A stretch of DNA of 63,367 bases, counting the filler, from Rhabdomonas costata (Eukaryota), in NCBI GenBank assembly GCA_019059605.1. It is 38 parts of 38 records of this genome, joined end to end, with 100 filler letters (N's around TTAATTAATTAA, not from the genome) between each part and the next. Parts side by side here need not be neighbours in the genome. Positions count along the whole stretch, not along the records: positions 38,406 to 39,975 come from JAHMHO010012846.1; positions 40,076 to 41,644 come from JAHMHO010012847.1; positions 41,745 to 43,313 come from JAHMHO010012848.1; positions 43,414 to 44,981 come from JAHMHO010012849.1; positions 45,082 to 46,650 come from JAHMHO010012850.1; positions 46,751 to 48,319 come from JAHMHO010012851.1; positions 48,420 to 49,988 come from JAHMHO010012852.1; positions 50,089 to 51,657 come from JAHMHO010012853.1; 30 more parts are not named here. One strand, given 5' to 3'. Shown here one piece after another: positions 38,406-50,652 of the stretch. Position 1 is the stretch's first letter, and each line of letters opens with the position of its first letter. The position numbers and the translations under genes were made by a program. The notes beneath the pieces were generated by a model. It saw only the letters and a program-made list of their open reading frames with translations. It made no database searches and was not told the DNA's origin.

Positions 38406-39961
38406 ATCGAGGGGGAGGGGGACAGAGAGGGGGAGATAGACCCGCTGCCACTGGGGAATGAAGGAGACGTGGTCCAGCTTGCCGATGATGGAGTGACTGA
38501 TAAGGTCACAGATGGAGAGACCGTCGCGTTGGGCTCAATGCTGAGCGAAACTGATGGCGAGGGGCTTGGGGACGGACTCTGGGAGGGACTGGAGCTGAGC
38601 GTCAGGGTGGGAGAAGGAGAGCTGGAGGACCTCTTCGTGAAGGTCGGAGAAGCAGCTGTGGAACGAGTAAAGGAAAGGGTCTTCGCCAGAGTGAACGTTG
38701 ACGTTGAAGACAACGAGGCGGTGCGAGTGCCAGTGAGACTCGGCGTATTTATTGAAGTCCACGTTAACGTCTCCGTGGCCAGCTTGGTAACCGTGCGAGA
38801 GGCGCTCCAGGACAGAGTGTCCCAATCAGTTGCGGACAAGGTGCGAGTCTCCGTAAGCCTCGCAAACGTTTCCGTTTCGGTCGAAGTTTTGGAAGTAGTG
38901 CACGTCACCATGGAACTCAAAGTCACAGAAGCTGACGGAACCTTTGTGAGAGATGGAGTACCTGCATGGGACAAGGTCGGGGAGATACTAGGTGTCAGTG
39001 AAGGTGTGGGAGGCGGACTGCGAGAAGGAGTGGGTGAGAAACTCCCTGTTGGTTTCAAAGTATCGCTTGTGGTTGACGTGCACGTCAAGCTGTAACTAGA
39101 CCGAGAGGAAGTGAGCGAGGGACTCAACGAAGGACTTGGAGAAAGAGTTACTTTGGAAGTGGGGGAGCACGTCCGGGTCACTGAAGCGGACTCTCGGCCG
39201 CTCCTGCTTGGAGTAGCAGTTGTCGTTACAGTATAGGAGACGTGCGTCGAAGGCGTCCTCGTGTAGGAGCGGGTCATAGTGAATGTCAGTGAAGATGTTG
39301 AGGTCCCGCTGAGCAAAAGTGAAGGGGTTGGTGATGAGGAGATCGTAAGCGCAGGACTCACCGAGGGAGATACACTCTTGGTGACACTTCTAGTCGAGGA
39401 TGCTGAAATGCTAAGTGTGTCTGTGGGAAGCAACGAATTACTTAATGTTGATGTCATTGTCCCACTGTGGGACACCGTCTCGGAAGGGGTGGAGGACAAA
39501 GTAGCGGAAGAGTAGGTGGGACTATCTGAAAACGAGGAAGACACCGTGGCCGTTGCACTCAACGTCTGGCTTGCCGACTCAGTGGAAGAAGAACTGAAGC
39601 TGTGCGTGATGGTGGAATGCACGGTTACTGTTGGCGACACAGCGGGTGTGGAGGAGGAAGATGGCGTGAGCGACGCTGAAGGTGTGCTTGGGGTGGAGCT
39701 GGGGGTCTGAGTGGGCGTCTTCGTTTGAGAGCCAGTCAGGCTACGAACCAAGCTCAGAGAAGAGGAAAGGGTAGAAGTACGGGTCGCCGTGGCAAGGACC
39801 GATTGCGTAGCAGTTCTGGTCAAAGTGATATGCACAACAGTGGGTGTCAACGTGTAGGTTGGCTTGGAGGTGATGGTGGGAGAGACGGATATTGATGACG
39901 AATAAACGGACGAGCTAGTTGGAGTGGGCGTCGGCGACCCAGAGGGCGTCGCCGAAGGACT
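38406..39961 (-). CDS. Ser/Thr/Pro-rich mucin-like protein, partial at both ends
   Basis: An uninterrupted frame of over 500 codons spans almost the whole contig, dominated by S/T/P (TPSLTPSISPTLS...) with diverse synonymous codons. Confidence 0.8.
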
Positions 39962-40959
39962 TAAAAACCCACACCNNNNNNNNNNNNNNNNNNNNNNNNN
40001 NNNNNNNNNNNNNNNNNNNTTAATTAATTAANNNNNNNNNNNNNNNNNNNNNNNNNNNNNNNNNNNNNNNNNNNNAGGGGGGGGGGGGGGGCAAACAAGA
40101 ACACAACGGGCAGGAACAGACCCAAGTGCGGCAGATTTATATTCCCGGTCCTTTAACAGGAGTCAAAACACACCCGTGCGGGTTATGGTTGTTCCCAGAG
40201 AACCCCTCCGAGCCCGAAAAAGCCGTAGCTGGTGATGTAGGTGAGAAGGGCTTCCGGCAAGGGCCCTCTGCCCGACAGAAAGGTAAGAGGGAAACGCGGC
40301 AGCTGGGTTGCGGAGGCTTGGCCACTCGGCCCTGCCATCAGCACTCTCAAACCCTCTCTCCCCTCAGCCACCCCCACGACGCGTTGGAAATGTTGATGGA
40401 GATTCCTTAGCCCCCACCGACATTCACGTGGACGACATGACCTCGGACCTGGATTGCCGCTCTTGGCGCAGCGCACAGAGAAAAAACGACAGCGCCCATA
40501 AACACCTGGAGGTGGTCGAGAAGCTCCAGTGCGTCTTTCTACAAGCCATTGGAAGCGACCAAAAGATAACGGGCAAAACGCTCAGTGATCCAAGACTATC
40601 CCAAAATGTGAAAATCAGAGGTCTCGATGACGTACAAGCCTGAGGAGTCCTATAGCAGTGATATAAGGCGGCGCAGGATAGAATCCAACAACATCTCATA
40701 GTGTTGTGCTCCGGCGGGGACCACGCTACGGCGGTGCTCCCTTTGTCAGAGGTAGGTTGGTCAGAGGAGGTTTGCCAGAGCTCGGTTGAGGATCACAGGC
40801 AGAAATGAGAAGACAAGTGAGCTCGCCGAGCAACTTGAAGAGTGAAGAGCCGGTGACGAGCAGAGGAAGTGAAAGACGGAAAGCGGAAAGCCATCACATG
40901 CACGAAATTATGATGGCAAGGTTAAGGGAGAAGCGGCGGATGGTGGATCATTTCGCACA

Positions 40960-41175
40960 TTCCCGTGCCACCGTGGGCCGCAACGGTCGTCAGCACGTCC
41001 GTAACCAGCTCCGCAGCAATCGCGGCGTAGTCGCTGTGGTGGGTGGCCAGGCTCTAACGCCGCACCACCTCCCGCTGCGGTGGTGCCGCACCGCAGCCGC
41101 ACAGATGCAGAGGGCAGCATCGAGGAACAGCTCGAGCCCAAGAAACGGTGAAGCCTCGCGAGACCATTGAAGGCC
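40960..41175 (-). CDS. Hypothetical helical protein, candidate small exons
   Basis: AG/GT-bounded segments read AFNGLARLHRFLGLELFLDAALCI and SLATHHSDYAAIAAELVTDVLTTVAAHGGTG. No family recognised and splice phase not confirmed. Confidence 0.25.
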
Positions 41176-42704
41176 CTAAAGAGCAGCAGATAGGATTCAA
41201 AAGGGTCCCGAAGTCCCGTGCCATGACAAAGAGGGCCAAGGAGGGCCCCACGGTTGGGCTCTCCGCGGTGCGAAGAAGGTGAAGTGAGAATCTCAGGCGG
41301 ACGAAGAGTCGAAGAGGGACCATTGGGCTCTCAGCATATTGGCTGAGCGCAGAGAGTTGCAGCTCTCTAGAACCGCGGTACAATGCGCCATCGAGGTTTC
41401 CTTAGAACCTGGGACCAGCAGCAGAGGCCTGCATCCCGAAAAGCAGCCATGCAAAGAATTTCAAAACCCAGTTGAGGCAGAAAAGACCTCCACCAAAACA
41501 GTCCCTTCTGCAGGGTGTGTGAGTGTGTGTGTGCGTATGCGCGTGCACAGGAAGTTGTCACTGTTCTGCTGAACAGCTTGCCCTCCAAGGGGACGCTTTA
41601 CCGAAAAGGACGCGCGATTACATCCCTGGTGCCCACAACCAACANNNNNNNNNNNNNNNNNNNNNNNNNNNNNNNNNNNNNNNNNNNNTTAATTAATTAA
41701 NNNNNNNNNNNNNNNNNNNNNNNNNNNNNNNNNNNNNNNNNNNNGGGTTGTGTGGTGACTGCGTCCCAAGTGACTCTGAAGTACATTTCGGACTGGGGTC
41801 TGAACATCTCTGTGTTCTCTGATATGCTGGAAATCGGGAGACAGGTATATTTTTCTTGGGCAGCTTGGCCATGTTTTATACCCTTTTGCATGTCTTGGAT
41901 TCCTCCATTGCGATTGAGCAGAGGTGTTGGTTGCAGCTAACAATCTCCCACTCTGATAATTTTCTGACTTTTCCAACGATTTTCTCAAAAGGGAATTTCG
42001 GGTTGCTCCGTACTTCTTTTCCGTTGGGAACGACTGTGTCCAATCTACCATACGCACCCACGGGGAAAGCGGCAAGGGTTTGGGATAAATCGTTGTACGG
42101 GGTCTTGGAATGAAGAGGAAGAGGGACCCGATCCGAAATGTGCGTGGCACCCCTGTGTTGCCCATGTGATGCCAGAGTCGTGTGATCTGAAATCCCCTGA
42201 AGTCGCGCGTCAAGATTGCCGTGGATCCGCTGCGATGTGAGGCAATTCGTGTGGGCACATGCTTCACCTACACACCACACTTAACGTTTCGCTTGTGGTT
42301 CCAGTGAACATGGGTACGGTGGTACGGGTGAACGTGGGTACGGGTGGTTGCATCTACGATGCTAACCACACGGAAATACCAACAAAAACCTCCGTACCCG
42401 GCAGCTATAACCACCTTCTGGATGCAAATGATTGATGCTTAACCTTCGTGATCGTATTCATATTCATATTCAAACAACGTAAAAAAAAAACAGTTACCGG
42501 TCGCTGAAGGGATCCTAGGACCACTCTTTTATCATCAGCATATAACGATGGGCCGAGCTGTGGGACCGGCAGAGGCCGGTGAATTGTGTTAGGAAAAAGG
42601 AGAGACCGTTGAGCAGCTACCGTCCTATCGTTGTGCGCGATATGCATGGTTGCTGTTCTGAATATCGTGGATTTAGCGTGAACTTCTGCTCTCGCCGGTA
42701 ACAG

Positions 42705-43070
42705 GTGTTCTCCTCCCAACGCTTTGAGCTCTCTTCTGCGGTGGAGCTGGTTGATGCCCTCTCGGGCACGTCTTTGCTGATGCTGCAGGGCGCGCAGATC
42801 GGTGCCCTTACCTTTGCGATTCTGCACAACGGCAGCACCAGCACCGCCAGCATGTACATGGTGGACCGGGCAACCTCCAAGATCGTGTACCCAGGCGGCC
42901 GGTGCTTCCTGGGAAGGTCCTACTGTGACTTCCCGCAGAGCGACCCCAGGCTGGGCCCGGAGTTTCAGCTTGCCTCCTCATTGGCTCTTGGGGAGATGGC
43001 CTGGGGCCCTTTGATGGACTCGCCCTCGAAGTACATGTATCTCAGCCTGTTGTCTCCAATTCGGGAGCAG
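42705..43070 (+). CDS. Internal exon, possible extracellular sensor (Cache/CHASE-like) domain
   Basis: A 122-codon phase-0 exon between CAG| and |GTTGTG reads SMYMVDRATSKIVYPGG...GEMAWGPLMDSPSKYMYLSLLSPIREQ. The exon is well supported; the domain call is weak. Confidence 0.45.
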
Positions 43071-43555
43071 GTTGTGCTCTCCTCCTTCTAAATCGCTAAT
43101 TCGATGAAGGGAGATTTCCGAAAGGCCCGAAGCCAAGAAGCAGCACGAACGCGGAGTGCCTAATCATCGCTTTGGCGCGGTGGATGCATTACAGGCGGCA
43201 GTACATTTATGGCCCTCCCTCTATGCCCCCCCCCCCTCTCAACATACTGTACCCTCCGCGGTACAAGACATCCGTGAACAAAAAGTATCGGCAAGCGTGC
43301 ATCACCACACACCNNNNNNNNNNNNNNNNNNNNNNNNNNNNNNNNNNNNNNNNNNNNTTAATTAATTAANNNNNNNNNNNNNNNNNNNNNNNNNNNNNNN
43401 NNNNNNNNNNNNNTTGTTTGGTTCCGACTTCAACTGCTCGGTTGCAGACGTACCTGCCTGTTGCTTATATTCGGGTTAGCATTTCGTGCTGATACGGCCC
43501 CAAATTGGACGTGAACCCTTTTTGAGTGGAGGGTGTGAATGATCGCTGCTCACAG

Positions 43556-44153
43556 GCCGCTTGACTCGCGAATGTGGTGCGCCATGGCAGGCTGCTACGT
43601 GAACCTCAAGCGGACCGCTGAGGCGGTGGAGTGCTATCAGCGTGCGGAGGCCCACGGGGGTGTTGTTTTTCACAGAGTCGGAATCTGCTGGAAGACTTTT
43701 TTGAATTGCTCTTTCGTTGATCTTGTGTTATGGCTCCGAACTGGTTGGGAGCCGGATGTGGAAGGTGGGAATGAACGAAGGTGGGAAGTGGGCAAAGTGG
43801 GGAAGTGAGCATCCTCTTGTTTTTCAAGGTCGTCTTTCGGCGTTTTACTTTCTTTTTTGCTGACAAGTAGCTATACCTGCGACAAGCTGGAACCCCTGAC
43901 GAGCCAGAACCCTTGCTGTTTTATTGATCTGTTTGCGGATCTAATCGTTGTACTCCCGGTCGCCTTGAGTGACGATGGCAGAGCTGTGTTTTCACCCTTT
44001 GATCATTTGTGCTGGGTAGGGGCTCTCTTTTACTGCGTCCTAGATGCCAGCATTGCGACTGCAAAGCTGGCCGAGCTGTACTTGGAGATGAAGCAGCTGC
44101 ACCGCGCGGCGCAGTACTACGAAAAGTTCATCAGCTTAAAAAGCTCAGAGGAG
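43556..44153 (+). CDS. CDC23: Anaphase-promoting complex subunit 8 (CDC23) TPR region, two exons
   Basis: 43556-43659 (PLDSRMWCAMAGCYVNLKRTAEAVECYQRAEAHG) plus 44044-44153 (DASIATAKLAELYLEMKQLHRAAQYYEKFI) match RP.DSRM..A.G.CY..L....EA..CY.RA...GD....A..KLA.L. Confidence 0.85.
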
Positions 44154-45399
44154 GTGCGCGCAATTGGGTGTTGTGTGAGAGGGAGTTTCGAGCAGAGGTC
44201 CTGCCAGAGTTGAGCACCTTGGGGGCAAGTAGGGAAGGTGTGGCAATGCTTTTGTCTATTTTCTGTGAGGGTGCGTGCTACTCTGGGTGACATCGCAGTG
44301 CTCAAGCATGCAGTCGATTCGCTGTTTTGCGCGGGCACATGGAAAATGAGCACTAAATGGTGGTTCCACATCAAGGCAAGTTTTTTCAGATCCTCGGTTC
44401 TTGAGTAACGGAGTGTGGGGCATCCGACACCCCTGCAATCTGCTTTGGCTTCCATTTGCAGCCCCGTGATTCAGACAAAGATGGGCTTCGGTTTCTTGCA
44501 AACTACTACCTTCGAGAGGGAATGCTGGACAAGGCGGAGCAGTGCTGCATCCGACTGCTAAGCTTCTCTGGGCCGGTGCTGTTCCTTGCTTACAGTTACT
44601 GACAGTTTCCGCTCTCCAAGTTGCACTGTGTGGAGATATGCGTTGAGAGATTGCGGCAAGTGTTGGAGGGAGACCTTCTGCGTTTCCCGCCACCTCCGGG
44701 TCAGTTGTGACAACATTATTTCCTCTAACCTCTTTCGATTTACAATTCATCGCAAAGTTGCCTGTCTTTCGCGTCCCCTGGTTCTCTTTCCCTGAAATCG
44801 GTCATTTATGCCTTCCACAGGATGCATCCAGTATTTCCCTCTGAAAGGTTTTTTCTTCCTTATCAATCTGTTTTTTCCTCCTTCTGCTTTTACCCTTTCG
44901 CCCCCCCCCCCTTGTACAGGAATCACGATAATTCAACTGACCCGGAGGTGGCGGGAAACGCAGAAGGTCTCCCACCACCACNNNNNNNNNNNNNNNNNNN
45001 NNNNNNNNNNNNNNNNNNNNNNNNNTTAATTAATTAANNNNNNNNNNNNNNNNNNNNNNNNNNNNNNNNNNNNNNNNNNNNGTGGTGGGGGGAGTCGGTG
45101 TGCAGGGCAGGTAGGTGCCGCTTGGGAGCACTATGAAATTATTTTTTTTGAACGGTTTGAAACAGTTTTTGCAATTATATGCCACTTGCAGCACAAAGCC
45201 TCTTCTCACTGTTCCCCAATACATCAGCTCTTAGTCCGATCGAATCATTTTTGCTCGAAACAGAAAATATTCGTCCCAACAATATGAACAGATTTTTGGA
45301 AGGAGTCGGGATGAGTGAGAGGAGAGGCGGAAGGGAATGCGCAAAGCACACCTGGCGGCGAGGACAACATCGGGGTGCTCACCGTCCAGGATCCTGCCC

Positions 45400-45639
45400 A
45401 GGACTCTCTGGAAGACCTCAGTGTGGATTATTCTCCCCAAAGGTCAGGCTCTTATGAGTGAGGATTGCGTACAAATTCTGGAGGAGCTCGAGAATGAAGA
45501 GGTTGACGTAAAGGTTATTCCCGACACCGGCGCTGATGCTCGCACGGTGCTGCAAGAACTCATCCCACGCACCCACATTCAGCTGGTTGGGGTGCATGCC
45601 CCACTGGAAACTCTTGAGCAGTGGACGGCCTGTCCCAGG
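45400..45639 (+). CDS. Hypothetical exon (5' boundary uncertain)
   Basis: Coding-like frame WIILPKGQALMSEDCVQILEELENEEVDVKVIPDTGADARTVLQELIPRTHIQLVGVHAPLETLEQW ending at a strong AG|GTACGT donor. Confidence 0.4.
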
Positions 45640-46026
45640 TACGTATGTGCAATTACTACGCTTGCACGCATGAACCACTGCATTTGTTGACCTCTCCATT
45701 TGGGCATTTTGGGAGGTGCGCATAAAGAGATCACGTACACGCACACAACACCCTCCGGACACCACGGACACCAGCCCGCATAAAAAAGTCAAACCTACCA
45801 CACAGACGTGTCCAAAGAACCCGGCTGTCCCCCGGGAACATTTCGAGGGAAGCCTTGAAGTTTTGCGTCCAAGCGATTGCAGCGTTTCATCTACAGAGAA
45901 GGGGTCAAGCCGGTGCAAAAGCCCCCCCCCACACACACACACTGGCCCTCCTGCTCGCAAACCCCAACCCAACCAAGGATTCACAACACACAACCCAACC
46001 AAGGATTGCTGTTGCCGCCTTTTAAC

Positions 46027-46150
46027 CTGTCTCGGTCTTCTTCCAGATCCGCACGGTGGAGTCGTCGGAGGCAGTGAAGAGGACCTCCGCGGTGGGGTGA
46101 ATCATCACCCGCCGGACTGCCTTGGTGTGCCCGGGGAGCTTCGCAGAGAT
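46027..46150 (-). CDS. WD40 repeat exon, PRP19-like
   Basis: ISAKLPGHTKAVRRVMIHPTAEVLFTASDDSTVRIWKK is one complete GH...W repeat resembling PRP19 L.GHTKKV..V..HP....FSAS.D.T.RIW. AG/GT bounded. Confidence 0.7.
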
Positions 46151-46772
46151 CTGTGAGACAGAATGAGACAGCACCGCAGACAAGGGAAGGGTGGAAACAA
46201 AACGGATGTCAGCACAGTATAGCATATTCCAGCTGGCATGTTTGGCCGAGTGAATTTGCACACAGAAAATGACGCACGGACGCACATCATGAGGGAACAA
46301 AACGAATGCTGGGAGTCAGCAGGGAAAAGAGCCATAGATAAGCACGGAATCAAAACTGCGTGGGGAGGTCGGAAAAGCGGTGCAACAGAAAAAGTCAGGG
46401 CGTGGGAACTGCACCGATGCTGGATAGGGTCAGCGATGCAGAAAATCGAACTCAATTATTTCCGAAAATGGCGATCCCCCGTTTTCTTGGGTGACCGCGT
46501 GCAAGGACAGCTCACGGAGTGCGAAGAAGGGAGCAAATTAAAATCAGAAAGGGATGAGCAGATTGACTCAGCGGCACCTGCAACGGGCCAAAAAAACGAT
46601 TCGATGGGAGCGTATTCACTCAACTTCTATTCCTCTGCATAACCAAAACANNNNNNNNNNNNNNNNNNNNNNNNNNNNNNNNNNNNNNNNNNNNTTAATT
46701 AATTAANNNNNNNNNNNNNNNNNNNNNNNNNNNNNNNNNNNNNNNNNNNNGTTTTGTGGGAAAGCTACCTAC

Positions 46773-48311
46773 GCTCGGTAACTGCGGAGTCTGCCAGATT
46801 CATGTTGTCAAGGAGAAGGATACCTCCTCCGTGCACAGCGGTCACCACAGGCCCAATGCGGAACCGGTACACCTGAGCGAAGGTAGCTTTTTCAGGAAAG
46901 GCTTTTGCTACCTTCTCAATTGGTGGGAGCAGCAGCCCTTCGGGGATTTTCTGCAGCTCGGATAATAGGTCCTGCTCCTCAGCAGATGCAGCTTCTTCAG
47001 GACAAGGCTGCTGCTGCTCAGCCGTCTCGTATGCCAGCTGCAGGCTATCACACTTACGAGTCAGATTTTTCGCAAGGTCGCTGAGATCCCGGCGCCGAGC
47101 AGCCGCATCGCGGGCCACAGTAGCTACATAAACAAGCAGTCGCGGCCAGGTGAAGGGCTGAATCGCCCCCACCAGGCTATCCGTCTCCGTCATGGGAGAC
47201 ATTGGTACTGCCCTGTAGGCGTATTTCCACTCATCGAAGGCAATTTGGGCCAACACTTCGACAGCTAAGCTCTTGTGTGACGTGGGGCCGGTCAGCAGCA
47301 CAGGCTCAGCGTGGCGGGCCACCGAGGCGGGCTTTCCCGGCTTTCCACGGCTCTCAAGAGTTTTGGGGTAAAGCGCAAACACCAGCTTAGCCAGGGTGCG
47401 CAGAAATCCATTGGGCACCGAGGGCATTCCCGCCGCAAACAACGGGCATCGTGACAGCACTCCCGGCATGGTCCGCTCCAGGCCGTACATCCTAAACTTG
47501 ACAAGGTGGGCTCCGGTGACCTGTTCCACCACCAGGTCTTCGAGGGCAGAAGTCGCGTTGGGCAAGGGCAGCTCCATGCCCTCATCCACGAACCTGGGGA
47601 ATAAGATCGCTGCGTGCTTGCGAAGAATAATGGGCCAGTCATCGGGGCTTTCCCAGCAGATATCGGCCCTGAAACGAAAGTATGGAAAGAAAGACGAGCA
47701 AAGGAGCAAATCTGCGGGAAAAGCAGAAAGGAGTGAGATCTTAAGAATGCATCAGAAAATGGAATGAAGGGACAGGTGCAGCAAAAAGTGCGCGTTGTCA
47801 GAAACCTGACACTTGAATAAAGGACAGAAAACAGCCATTTCGGAAACAAATTACACAGAGACCACACAGAAAAAAGCACCCGTGAATTCTCTCACTTCGA
47901 ATTCATTCCATGCAGACTGCCAGAAACAAAAACATTTAACACGAGCCCAAAGGTTACAATCCCACCAAAACTGTAACGCGAATACCTTGCACGGTAGAAC
48001 CAGCGAATAAGCTGCCTCAGTGTCTCCCCGGATTCTTCGTTCCAGTGCAGAATATTGAGCATCTCTCGAGCCATCGACGTTGCCTTCTCATGAGAGGCAT
48101 CGCTCTGGTCCTCAAGGGCAGCAGCAATCTTCCCGGCTAGAATCTTCACAATCTCCGACGCCTCCAGCGGAGGATACACCACCACTAGACACCGGGTCTG
48201 GATGCTCTGAGGAAGGGCCTTGCGGCCGGCGTAGCCCGTGGGGTTCTGCGTGGCGAAGAACTGGAAATTGGGGTGCACGTGCAGAACCTCGTTGGTCATC
48301 GGCACGACCAC
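46773..48311 (-). CDS. Midasin/MoxR-like multi-AAA+ protein, two exons
   Basis: Exon ~48311-47986 (HVHPNFQFFATQNPTGYAGRKALPQSIQTR) and 47668-46773 (PVLLTGPTSHKS...MSPMTETDSLVGAIQPF...FRIGPVVTAVHGGGILLLDNMNLADSAVTER) show AAA_5 motifs from two successive modules. Confidence 0.8.
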
Positions 48312-49744
48312 CCCACCCCNNNNNNNNNNNNNNNNNNNNNNNNNNNNNNNNNNNNNNNNNNNNTTAATTAATTAANNNNNNNNNNNNNNNNNNNNNNNNN
48401 NNNNNNNNNNNNNNNNNNNGGGTTTGTTGATTCGCCTGTGACCATCAGAACCTCTGTTGTTTACATATAGGCTTACTGTAAAGCGTGCGACTGTCCGTTG
48501 CAGGCGACCGCTGTTTGTGACCGAGGTGACGCGGCTGCTGCGGAATTCCATCGGTGGTGAGGAGCCCCTAGCGGCCGTGGAAGGCGACCGTCTGGTATGG
48601 CTGATGACCGTGCTGCCTCTTTGCTAACCCTCGGGCTGTTTCGCAGGCTGCGTTTCCATGTTTTCCATTGAAATCTAGAGAGGTGACTGCTGGGCGTAGA
48701 TCTGACTAGCACCAGCACGAAAATGTGCACGCAAGCCTTTTATTTGGGGTTTAAATGAATAGCCCGGCGAATAAAGGAGTTGCAAACAATATCATGATCC
48801 TCATTGTCCCGGGATGGATGTGAGGGGGGGGGGGGTGCGGGATACCCGAAATCCGAACAAAAGGTTTTCCGCAACCGCTAAAACCAGCCAAGACTACAAG
48901 AAAACCATACAAACTACCGCAAAATCAGCAAAAATTTCGCGTCGGCAAAGCTAGACCCAATCTTAAGCCAACCAGAACCAACTAAAACCACAACAAAACC
49001 ACTCAGCTAAGAGCAGTCAAAACCACTGCAAAAAGAGCCCAAACGAACGCTGCAAGAACAGCTAAGCTAACGCCCCCCCCCCTGCACGGACATTGCCTCT
49101 CCAACGCTCTCCCTACAAAAAATTTCTCTCATCTCTATCTAGAGCAGAACAACAAGCAAAACAAGACCAGACCAGGGGCTCTTGGGGGGCTGTTGTATTT
49201 GGGAGGTGGGCGTTGTCATCTGGAGTTCACTGGCACAGTACATCTAACCCCTTTCGGACAAAATAACGTCATCTGGTGGGTCCAGACACACTTTACCTGA
49301 CCCCGGTTCTCACAACAAAAAATGTCACCAAAACGCGAAGAAAAAAGTTGCCGGTGTTAAATGCTGAACGCTGTCAATTGCTTAACCTCCCCCCCCCCAA
49401 AAAAAAACACTTGTCCCCACCTTATACGAGGAACAAATGTGAATGCGTTTTTTTTAGAAATTGCCAGAGTCACGGCACTGCCTGATACGGGTTTTCGGTT
49501 CCTACGGGGGAGGGCGGACACTCAGGCGGGTACTCCTATGTGAACGTAATTGTGGGCGTGAGAGGTGGGGAGTGATCGATTGGCTGCAAATCCTTTTCCG
49601 TTCGGAACCACTTTTGCAAGATCTGAGCGTGAGTGCAGCCTTGAAATGTGAGGGGTAGGGCACATTTTCTCCAGCGCCCTGCATGCCTTCGATAAGGATG
49701 GCTTGCTTTTTCGGATGGGCCAAACCGCCATTGCTTTGCCCCAG

Positions 49745-49951
49745 GTCCCCGTATCATTTGACGTGACGACCCGAGAGGCCCGCCTGCCCTCCCTGCCAGA
49801 CACGATGACGGGCTTTGTGCGTGCACGGATCGACCGGATGCCCGTGGAGCTGCAGATGGTGCTTAAAATAGCAAGTGCGGCTCATACGTTACTTTGTCCC
49901 AGAGCCCTGGCCTTTGTCATCCAGCCCTACTGCGAGATGTCTCTGACCCAG
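49745..49951 (+). CDS. Exon of a STAND-type NTPase helical region (soluble adenylate cyclase/ADCY10-like)
   Basis: LPDTMTGFVRARIDRMPVELQMVLKIASAA matches the LP.tl..li.aRiDrL....q.vLk.ASv.G motif of cyclase-AAA/STAND proteins. Phase-0 AG/GT exon. Confidence 0.7.
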
Positions 49952-50652
49952 GTGTGACGACACTCGAACCCCTCGTTTTTCAGTCGTCNNNNNNNNNNNN
50001 NNNNNNNNNNNNNNNNNNNNNNNNNNNNNNNNTTAATTAATTAANNNNNNNNNNNNNNNNNNNNNNNNNNNNNNNNNNNNNNNNNNNNGTTGGGGGTGTG
50101 GGTTGACAGAATTTCGGAAGGGAGACATAATCCAAGAACCAGAAGCGCCGTCAAAATCGGTGGAAAATGAAGCTGACCGCTTTTTGGTTGGGCCATGTCT
50201 CCAGTGCCTCCATCATAATTCTTTCCCTGGGACTTCCGGCTTACTTTTTTGGGGCAGGATGATCCCCAATGAAGTGCTTTCTCCCTTTGTCACAGGAATA
50301 TGTTCTTGGTCATCTTGGCCGTGGCAGGGTGTGTGCACGCGTTTGAGGAAAAGGTTGGTTTTGCGGGCATCACGTTTCTGGAGCGTTCCCTCAATGCTCA
50401 GCTTCTCGACGGGTCTCGCCAAGGCGGCTCCCTATAACGCACCGAGTTGTCCATTTCCTCTCTGCTTTTTTTTGTTCAAGCGTTCTTGGTTGTGGTGCTT
50501 GCGAGGCTCCGTAGAAACCTGTAAAACGCAAAGCCTCTGGTCAGGAAGCAGGCATCTCCCTTTAAGTCCAAGAGGAGCTCCCAACTCTGCCTGCACCACC
50601 CACCACCGCCCACTTCCCACCTTTTACCTGTTTCCTTGCGATGCTTGCGCAG

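Noticed and set aside
38469-39710. Plus-strand V/E/G/D-rich ORFs
   Set aside because: Antisense shadow of the longer S/T/P-rich minus-strand frame.
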